Part shown: positions 57,049 to 64,000 of the stretch, in pieces
Numbering within the stretch: position 1 is the first letter of the stretch
Layout: each line of letters begins with the position of its first letter
Source of the DNA: a virus
Strand: one strand, 5' to 3'
Virus record (IMG/VR): IMGVR_UViG_3300034356_000609
Coordinates: 1 to 64,000 of that record
Length of the DNA stretch: 64,000 nt
Made by a program: the position numbers and the translations under genes
Notes under the pieces: generated by a model
What the model was told of the DNA's origin: nothing
Seen by the model: only the letters and a program-made list of their open reading frames with translations
Databases searched by the model: none

Positions 57049-59925
57049 TTATTTAGATTCTTCTGTAGTTGTAGTACTTGTAGTACTTGTAGTGCCTGTA
57101 GTAGCTGTGGTACTTTTTTTACTTTTGTCTTGTACTTGATTGTTGAACAACATCTCCCCCAAGTCTACTAAACTTGTAACAGTATCTGGCTTTACAGTAA
57201 TAGCTCCCGTCTTACCGTCTACTTTATAATTCCTTACAAAGTTATTAATATACAATGCCTTACGATTCTCTTCTTGATTGTACATCTCACGTTTCTTAGC
57301 AGCAGAGTCAATCAATGCTTGACGCTGTGATGTAACAGCATCGTCAGCCTGTGCAATCAAAGTATTGTATACTTTATCTAAAGACTGCATGTCATATACA
57401 TCTTCCTGCCAACGTGCTTGTGCATTGTATTGATCAGTAGCTGCTCTTTGTTGTGCATCAAAGTTTTGTTTCTCTGAGTAGATTCTTTGCTTTCCTCCTA
57501 AGGTTGCAAGTAATGCTGCGTTTGGATCTGCACCTGCATTAATAGCCGCCATATAAGAATTGTCAATATCTTGTAACTGTGGTTGTATATTCAATGTTTG
57601 AGGCATTAAGTATGGAGCTGTATAGTCCATAGGTTGATATGCAAACATCTGTGCCGAAGCCATCCCATACAATTCAGGTGCAAGTTGAGGGAAGTCAAAA
57701 GGAGCTTTTACATACTCTCCTCCTGGACTTCCAGTTATTTTCTTATTAAACTCCCCACCACCGTCTTCAGTTTTAACACCCTCTTTTGGCTTTTGGGGTT
57801 TAATAGGTTCTTCATCTTCAAAGGCACTAATCTGACCGATAGTTGTATTACCACCCCATCTATCCACAGGAGAGATAGGAAGTCCCATCCATTGGTGATC
57901 TTGTAATCCTTCGGGAGCTACTCTATAACCTTTTAGTAATTCGGGTTTAGATTTTTTAACTGCAGCAAATGCCTTGTAAGACGCTTGGTAGTTTTCTGTG
58001 TAGTCGTGGTTAATCTCCGCATTCTCCAAAGTATAGATAGGATTACCTTTAGAGTCTTTACTTAATTTAGGTTGTTCTTTTAACCAAGGAATAAATGTAG
58101 ATGCTTTACCTGCTTTTACATCTGCCGCATACTGAGGAGATTCTACGTAGTCTTTAAATAACTTAGCCGTTTTAGCTTGAGCCATATTATCAAAAGCTCC
58201 CTTATCTAAAGCAGGATCAAACAAGTCTCCTTCTTTGCCAATGACTTTAAAGTAGTTTCTCATAGCTACCAAAGAGCTATTCCCTGACTCCATTACATCG
58301 ACTAATTCTTCTGCACTACCTACTGCTAAATTTTTATTTTTTAACTGAGCCTGATAAGCAGACAAAAGGGTAGGTGTCAACTCTTCGTAGTGCTCGTTAA
58401 GACGATTACGTACTAAGTTAAATACATCTCCTCCGTATTGGTCTCTATAAGATTTACCTTTAAATTCTCCTTGACCCTCTACGTAATAACTTCTACCACT
58501 GGCTGTTTTCTTTCTGTAGATAGAATTCTCATCGGCTCCATTACCTTTACTTACAGTTCCTGCACTAGTAACATCTGCCTGAGTAGCTCCTGCTTTAGCA
58601 GCCGTGTTATTGGATTGCTGTAGCTGGTTATTAGTACTGTTTAAATCTTGATCTCCAAATAAAGTTTGATTCTTAACAAACTCTTTTGCTTGTTCTGGAG
58701 TTAATACCGAAGGAACTGCAGGTGCTGCAGAAGTAGTGGCACTAGGCATAACTGCAGAACCTGTATTTGGTTTTGCTTCCGTAGCTTTCTTTGCAATCTC
58801 AGCAGTTTTTTCCGCTGTATCTAACTTCTGCAAATGTTTAGTTAAGGCGTCTGCCTCTGCTGACTTAGCTTCTAACTCTACATCCCCTTGCATATACTCA
58901 GGAATAGTATTTAAAGTTGCACTTTGGTTAGAGTATCCAGGGTTATTAAACATACCTTGGTTTAGGTAGTACTGTTGTTGTTGTTCGGGAGTCAACACGG
59001 CAGGTGCATTAGGACCAAAGGTCGGAGCTCGGTTTACATTAATTAAACCTGCTTGCCCTTTTCTCATACTTTGTGTTTCTGCTTCTCCATTAGAGTTGCC
59101 GTTCTTGGCTTGTTGTATACCAAATAACTCTTGCAACTTTTTCATGTTCCTATCCATCATGATTTGTGCAGTATCTCTATCAACTGCTTTTGCATGTGGA
59201 TTCTCCAAAGTCTCTCGGTACTTTGTTATATCATAACTCTTTGCCATTTGGGCAAAAGTTTTACTTGTACCAGGAACTTTTAAGTAGTCAGAAAATACAA
59301 TAGTGCCCTGAGGCAGTACAAACTTTTCTCCACCCGAATGGTGCTTCTTACCACCTACTACGTAACTGTCTAGATTTGGAAGCATAAACATTTCACCTCT
59401 TTCTAGCTCAGCTTCCTCTGCTCCTGTCTGTGTGCCTGTACGCACTTCAGCACCGTGCTTAGCAAAAATTACAGATTGACTTCCAGGTCTTGCCATGTTT
59501 TCATACTCATTAGGCATATACCTAGCTTGGTCATTTAAATTCTGAACTCTTTCAGTTAAGTTCATACGACCTTTAGCGTCATCTTGTACTCCTTTAATGT
59601 TAGATACTGCACCTACTCCTGCTCTTACATAGTTCCTCCAATCTCTTGGAGGTGTGATAGTTGGTGCTTCCTCTTGTGCTACTTCTGCCTTCTCATCAAT
59701 GTTAACTGCCATAAACCCTTCAGGGTTTTCTCTAGTTACATTGGGAGTTTGCTCAGGGGTAGAGTAGTCATAAGGACTAGATTTATAGTTTAACTCCTTT
59801 TCTATACTTTGAGTTAAGTCAGGAATACCCAACATATCTGTTGGATTTTTAACTATAGGGTCAGTCTGATACTTCCTAAAAAGTGCCGTCTTTAAACCTT
59901 TAACTCTATTTTTACCAGTATTCAT
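57049..59925 (-). CDS. virion cargo/structural protein
   Basis: 958 aa; AELERGE..GGKKHHSGG..VFSDYLK block typical of crAss-like structural genes. Confidence 0.7.
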   Translation of the reverse strand: MNTGKNRVKGLKTALFRKYQTDPIVKNPTDMLGIPDLTQSIEKELNYKSSPYDYSTPEQTPNVTRENPEGFMAVNIDEKAEVAQEEAPTITPPRDWRNYVRAGVGAVSNIKGVQDDAKGRMNLTERVQNLNDQARYMPNEYENMARPGSQSVIFAKHGAEVRTGTQTGAEEAELERGEMFMLPNLDSYVVGGKKHHSGGEKFVLPQGTIVFSDYLKVPGTSKTFAQMAKSYDITKYRETLENPHAKAVDRDTAQIMMDRNMKKLQELFGIQQAKNGNSNGEAETQSMRKGQAGLINVNRAPTFGPNAPAVLTPEQQQQYYLNQGMFNNPGYSNQSATLNTIPEYMQGDVELEAKSAEADALTKHLQKLDTAEKTAEIAKKATEAKPNTGSAVMPSATTSAAPAVPSVLTPEQAKEFVKNQTLFGDQDLNSTNNQLQQSNNTAAKAGATQADVTSAGTVSKGNGADENSIYRKKTASGRSYYVEGQGEFKGKSYRDQYGGDVFNLVRNRLNEHYEELTPTLLSAYQAQLKNKNLAVGSAEELVDVMESGNSSLVAMRNYFKVIGKEGDLFDPALDKGAFDNMAQAKTAKLFKDYVESPQYAADVKAGKASTFIPWLKEQPKLSKDSKGNPIYTLENAEINHDYTENYQASYKAFAAVKKSKPELLKGYRVAPEGLQDHQWMGLPISPVDRWGGNTTIGQISAFEDEEPIKPQKPKEGVKTEDGGGEFNKKITGSPGGEYVKAPFDFPQLAPELYGMASAQMFAYQPMDYTAPYLMPQTLNIQPQLQDIDNSYMAAINAGADPNAALLATLGGKQRIYSEKQNFDAQQRAATDQYNAQARWQEDVYDMQSLDKVYNTLIAQADDAVTSQRQALIDSAAKKREMYNQEENRKALYINNFVRNYKVDGKTGAITVKPDTVTSLVDLGEMLFNNQVQDKSKKSTTATTGTTSTTSTTTTEESK

Positions 59926-59983
59926 TAACTTTAATTATTATTAACTTTATTAATTATAATATTTATATTTAAAAGTCTAAATA

Positions 59984-60013
59984 CAAATATAATTGATTAA
60001 GGAGAAAAAGCAA
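59984..60013 (-). promoter_or_regulatory. Bacteroidota sigma70 promoter TTG-N19-TATATTTG
   Basis: Exact consensus and spacing, upstream of the cargo operon. Confidence 0.8.
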
Positions 60014-60021
60014 GTAATTAC

Positions 60022-60177
60022 TTAGCCCTGACCTCTTGAGAGCTTCTTGTAGTTTCTACTTTGTTTTAACTTAGAAGTTCTTGTCTTTGCATGAACTCCT
60101 GGTCTGTTGACCTTAGGTTTTTCTTTAAACAAATTAGAAGTAGAAGTACTTTTAGATTTTGCTGCTTTAGTTGCCAT
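60022..60177 (-). CDS. 51-aa highly basic protein (…RPGVHAK…NYKKLSRGQG)
   Basis: Manual translation; K/R/S-rich, possibly DNA-binding in the virion. Confidence 0.75.
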   Translation of the reverse strand: MATKAAKSKSTSTSNLFKEKPKVNRPGVHAKTRTSKLKQSRNYKKLSRGQG

Positions 60178-60199
60178 GTTGTTGTATATTAGTAAGTTA

Positions 60200-62155
60200 T
60201 CACCACTTTACTTTATTAGCCCAGTATGCAGCTGAAGATTTACCTTTAGCTATATTCTTTGCGTGACGTGCTTTAAAAGATGCTGCACGCTTAGTATTAG
60301 TCCTGTCTCCTGTTACACCTGCTTGTCCGAAACGAATCAACTTGTAGTTGCCTCCAACCTTAGTAACTACTGCATGACTCTTGCCTCCACTCGTAGTTCT
60401 TTTAGGTTGGTCTACACCACTAAATCCCATCTTCTTGTACCGGTCTGGAAATTGTCCACCCTTCTTCATGTAATACATGTCTTTGAGTGTACCTCCACTT
60501 TCAAACTTCTTAACCTCTTGATTGAATATCTCCTTCTTTAAGTTAGTGGGTTGCATTGCTACTTGTCCTGTATTAGGATCTACTGCCTCTGTAAAAGTGT
60601 TAGACTTTAACATAGGTTTAGCAGAAGGAGAGTCAAACATCATACGACCTGTTTGGTCTGCATATGAGTTAGGGTTAGAAGACTTGTAGTAATCGTATAC
60701 AGCGTTTCTAGTCGGCAAGTCAGCTTTAGTAACTCCTGATTGATTTAGTTTTTGAATCTGTTGATTGTAATACTGTTCAAATTTAGGATCGTTACCATCT
60801 GCTGCGTAGGTATCTATAACCTTTGCTCCTAATGCCATGTATTTTTTAGAATACATATTTTTAGTATTACCTCCTGTTTTGTAAGCTAATAAAGGAGACA
60901 ACAGCATATGTTGCCCTGCATGACTAAATTGATGTTGTGCACCTTTACTTACTCCGCTACCAACTAAATTGCCTGCAGCACTTCCTGCTTTAGTTCTTCC
61001 AACAGCATTTGCTCCTCTACCTATAACTCCTTCAGAGATGTTACCAGCCTTACCTCTCAAAGCGGCCAATGCTGCTGTTTTACCTGCAGCTGATACTCCT
61101 TCTGTATAATTACCTGCAGAAACTTCACCTGCCGCATTTGCTGCTCCTGAAACTAAACTAGCCCCAATACTTAATGGGTTTATTAAATCTACTGCTTTAC
61201 CTACTGAGGACTGCATTACCTTTTCAGTAACTGCCTTGCTACTAGCTAAGTTGCTAGCCATATTAGTTGCACCTACAGCCGCTGCTCCAGCAGTTCCAAT
61301 ATCAAATAAATCAGTTACAACATTTCTATCACTGCTTGCGTTCAAGTAAGTACCAAAGCCTTCCATGTAATCCCCTATGTTTTGCATAGACACATCACCA
61401 GACTTAATTTTATTAAATGCAGCTTTACTTGTTTGTGTACTCGTAGGTACAAAAGAAGCAGCACGTGCCTGTTGATTAGCTTGAGACTGTCCAACAACCT
61501 CATCCATTACTTGTTGGGAATCTGTCTTAGGAGCAGGACTACTTAGACCTAATGCTCTTCCTGCCTTTCTTACATTACCTTTTACTCTATCTAAAAAAGA
61601 ACGTTTTCTTCTTATAGCCAAAGGTTCCATTCTTTCTATGTCGGTAGGTACTTCTTCTTTAGGGGCATTAGCAAATGCTGAGGCTTTAGAGAAATCAAAT
61701 CCTGCTGTACCTGCATTCATATTAGGCATACCTGTAGGACTAAATCCTCCTACTTGCATTTTGTAACCATACTTAGAAGCAGTTGCTTTAGCTTGACCTA
61801 CATTGCCATTAGCTGCAGCCATGAATCTAGCACGTGCAATATCTGCTGGCATCTTACCACCACTTTGCATTTTTGCCATCATAGCTTCTTGAAGTACTGA
61901 TTGTCCTATAGCAGTTTGAGGCATTAACCCACCCTCCTGCACATTAGACTGTATTTTAGCTTGAACGTAACCAGGTAAAGCCTCAAAGCCTGGATTGTTT
62001 ATACCACCCTCAGCCATGTTTCTTTTAATCTTACGTTCTTGCTTAAGCATTTCTGCGGTAGGTTTCTTACCACTACCCCGATTTGCTCTAATGTTATCCC
62101 ACAATCCTCTTTGAGAGTAAGAACCATCAGCCCGTTTTATCATTTGCTTTTTCAT
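60200..62155 (-). CDS. multi-module internal virion protein with phi-x-x-GG repeats and basic terminal domains
   Basis: GLWDNIRA N-terminal module; KLIRFGQ..SFKARH..SAAYWA..VKW C-terminal module. Confidence 0.75.
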   Translation of the reverse strand: MKKQMIKRADGSYSQRGLWDNIRANRGSGKKPTAEMLKQERKIKRNMAEGGINNPGFEALPGYVQAKIQSNVQEGGLMPQTAIGQSVLQEAMMAKMQSGGKMPADIARARFMAAANGNVGQAKATASKYGYKMQVGGFSPTGMPNMNAGTAGFDFSKASAFANAPKEEVPTDIERMEPLAIRRKRSFLDRVKGNVRKAGRALGLSSPAPKTDSQQVMDEVVGQSQANQQARAASFVPTSTQTSKAAFNKIKSGDVSMQNIGDYMEGFGTYLNASSDRNVVTDLFDIGTAGAAAVGATNMASNLASSKAVTEKVMQSSVGKAVDLINPLSIGASLVSGAANAAGEVSAGNYTEGVSAAGKTAALAALRGKAGNISEGVIGRGANAVGRTKAGSAAGNLVGSGVSKGAQHQFSHAGQHMLLSPLLAYKTGGNTKNMYSKKYMALGAKVIDTYAADGNDPKFEQYYNQQIQKLNQSGVTKADLPTRNAVYDYYKSSNPNSYADQTGRMMFDSPSAKPMLKSNTFTEAVDPNTGQVAMQPTNLKKEIFNQEVKKFESGGTLKDMYYMKKGGQFPDRYKKMGFSGVDQPKRTTSGGKSHAVVTKVGGNYKLIRFGQAGVTGDRTNTKRAASFKARHAKNIAKGKSSAAYWANKVKW

Positions 62156-63567
62156 TTTTTCTTTTTCTTCTTATAAGTATCTTTTAAACTTACAGGACTA
62201 ATACTAGCTACTACTGTCCCGTTAACTCCTGGTATAGACATGCCTCCCATTTGCATTACTTTGGCAGCCTCCATAAAGTCGTCAAGACTATACTCTACAT
62301 CCTCCTCCTCAAAATCATCTACCATTTGCTTTGCAATTTGTTTTCTATTGTTTTTATCTTTAACTCTTCTTAAAATATCAGCAATACCTTCCACCATCTC
62401 CTTGTCATTCTTTTCTTCATCTTCCTCATCTTCGATTTCTCCTCCCTCTTCAAAGGCATTCATATAACTTAATCCTATGTTATAGTTGCCAGGTTGATTT
62501 GCTTGTTTTGAGTAACTACCGCTAAGATTTATATTTCTACCAAGATCTAAATTGGCTCCTACGTTGTATCCTTGAACTGCTTGATTTTCTGCTTGAATGT
62601 TGCCAGAAATGTTAAGACGGTCTTTAAGTAGATTCAATGAGGCTTCACCTTCGTAGGTCATTCCTGTTTTAGGATTATACTGTCCTTCGACATTATATCT
62701 TAAAGGACCTACCTGCCCTTGTATGCCTAAGTTAGCATCTACATTGGCTTGTAGTTGTAGTGGGTCAAGACCCTTAAGAGTAACTGCGTCTTTACCCTTG
62801 AACTCTGTGCCTCCGTAAACAGATAATATTTCTGGAAGTACTTGAGTATTAAAGTTTAACTGATTCAATATTTCTGAGTCAGACATTCTTCTACTTACAC
62901 TAAGGTTACTATCCTTACTTCTTAAGTTTAGTGTTTGACTGTTGGGGCTTACTCTTATACTTCCCTTAGGTAGATTTTTACTGTAAGATAAATTGTTAAG
63001 TAAGTTCTCACTAGCATTAGTGTCAAAGGGATTGTAAGAGCCACTGTAGTTTAAATTACCTAACTCTGAGGGTAAAGCTACTCTGGAACTAAGATTGATT
63101 CCACTGCTTTTAATAGCTTCTAATACTTGAGGAGACAAATCGCCAACATTCTTTGTAGCGTCCATTTGCCTTAAGTATTGGTTTTGTATATCTTTTAAAT
63201 CTGTGTCTAGGGACACGCCTTTAGGTATAACTTTAGACCTTTGGGTGTCTTTAGCCATGTACTCGTTTAATCTCTTTTGATAATCTACACCTCCCTGTTG
63301 AAACTTCTTAGTTTCGTAAACAGATTTATCGTTAGGAAAAGTATAATCTTTTCCTGGCTGCATGACTTTTGTAGTACCACTTTGCATACCAATACCCATT
63401 ATAGGAGAGTTAAAGTAATCACTCTCTCCTTTGGGGCCTTTCATAGTAATGTTGTTTGAGGGAACTACTACATCTCCGTCTTGATACCACATGCCCTTAG
63501 CGTTGACAGGAGTTTTACCTCCTACCTTATACTTAGCCTTGTAGTGTTCAAATAAAGATGACTTCAT
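62152..63567 (-). CDS. virion protein with central amphipathic beta-strand region and phi-x-x-GG motifs
   Basis: VPSNNITMKG..MQPGKDYTF..VYE module; alternating beta pattern. Confidence 0.7.
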   Translation of the reverse strand: MKSSLFEHYKAKYKVGGKTPVNAKGMWYQDGDVVVPSNNITMKGPKGESDYFNSPIMGIGMQSGTTKVMQPGKDYTFPNDKSVYETKKFQQGGVDYQKRLNEYMAKDTQRSKVIPKGVSLDTDLKDIQNQYLRQMDATKNVGDLSPQVLEAIKSSGINLSSRVALPSELGNLNYSGSYNPFDTNASENLLNNLSYSKNLPKGSIRVSPNSQTLNLRSKDSNLSVSRRMSDSEILNQLNFNTQVLPEILSVYGGTEFKGKDAVTLKGLDPLQLQANVDANLGIQGQVGPLRYNVEGQYNPKTGMTYEGEASLNLLKDRLNISGNIQAENQAVQGYNVGANLDLGRNINLSGSYSKQANQPGNYNIGLSYMNAFEEGGEIEDEEDEEKNDKEMVEGIADILRRVKDKNNRKQIAKQMVDDFEEEDVEYSLDDFMEAAKVMQMGGMSIPGVNGTVVASISPVSLKDTYKKKKKK

Positions 63568-63806
63568 TACTTCTTCATTTTAGACAATGTCTTTGCAAGT
63601 TGTGCTCGCTTTACTGTAGTAGAAGAAAAACTCTCTTTATTAGCAAGTACTTTATTTCTAAAAGCAGCCGTAGACATACCTGCTCTTTTAGCTTGTGCAG
63701 TAAATGAACCTGGCTTCTTAATAGCATCTTTAATCCAGCTACCACCTTTCTTCATCTTTATGCCCGACTTAGCATAATAAAGTTCCTGTAGTTTTGAGTT
63801 ATTCAT
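63567..63806 (-). CDS. small basic protein (WIKDAIKKPGSFTAQAK)
   Basis: 79 aa, K-rich, MKKGG. Confidence 0.75.
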   Translation of the reverse strand: MNNSKLQELYYAKSGIKMKKGGSWIKDAIKKPGSFTAQAKRAGMSTAAFRNKVLANKESFSSTTVKRAQLAKTLSKMKK

Positions 63807-63819
63807 CGTATTTAAGCAA

Positions 63820-63999
63820 TTAACTTAGTGTAAGCAAATATAATGTCTTATTGATTAAAGCGATTAACTCATCTATAAGATTTTGTACATCAGTTCTATC
63901 CATACCAAACACAATTCTATGCTTCTTTATGTAGTCTTTAAACTGCTTTAGGTGCGTCTCAGGATTCATGTAATCAGAAGCAGGGATTTTAAAGTTTAA
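63820..63999 (-). CDS. 3' end of a ferritin/Dps-like (DUF5856-type) protein, truncated by the window edge
   Basis: ...DVQNLIDELIALINKTLYLLTLS*. Confidence 0.7.
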   Translation of the reverse strand, partial: LNFKIPASDYMNPETHLKQFKDYIKKHRIVFGMDRTDVQNLIDELIALINKTLYLLTLS

Positions 64000-64000
64000 T

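Noticed and set aside
371-63459. Many short antisense or nested ORFs in the track (e.g. 987-1316, 3256-3711, 32224-32502, 56228-56539)
   Set aside because: Shadows of longer, motif-bearing genes, with no independent signals
63835-63842. TATATTTG promoter box upstream of the 79-aa gene
   Set aside because: It lies in codons of the conserved LYLL motif of the Dps-like gene and has no TTG at N19, so it is ambiguous
1-64000. Stop-codon reassignment, as in some crAss-like phages
   Set aside because: Coding density is near-complete under code 11, the giant ORFs are intact, and TAG and TGA both end real genes (TAG at 12438 and 13680; TGA in the ATGA overlaps)
1-64000. tRNA, rRNA or integrase genes
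   Set aside because: None recognised by eye and intergenic gaps are short; a tRNAscan/Infernal run would be needed to exclude small RNAs

Overview
This 64 kb window is part of an AT-rich lytic phage genome of the crAss-like (Crassvirales) type. The host is almost certainly Bacteroidota, judging from TTG-N19-TAnnTTTG promoters and signal peptides cleaved before Gln. The standard genetic code fits throughout. Positions 1-23.7 kb (+) hold an array of small paralogous genes, an RNA ligase, a metallopeptidase and the replication/recombination block (DnaB-like helicase, AAA ATPase, putative SSB, primase, DnaA-C HTH, UDG, DUF932, NinG, PolA, HNH, NinB, DUF5664, PD-(D/E)xK exonuclease, dCMP deaminase, GroES). 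Positions 23.8-28.8 kb (+) are a tail-fibre cassette with its own promoter and flanking terminators. Positions 28.9-64 kb (-) are late genes: an exported nuclease, spanin-like genes and a holin, fibre/structural proteins, a four-gene block of virion 'cargo' proteins including a 2534-aa two-barrel virion RNA polymerase, and basic internal proteins with repeated phi-x-x-G-G motifs. Main finding: by eye, the four consecutive cargo proteins (7253 aa in total) contain only six cysteines. All six lie within 5 residues of a terminus and only at the three internal gene junctions, which suggests a head-to-tail Cys-linked chain for ordered packaging or ejection. All calls come from motif recognition; no database searches were run.
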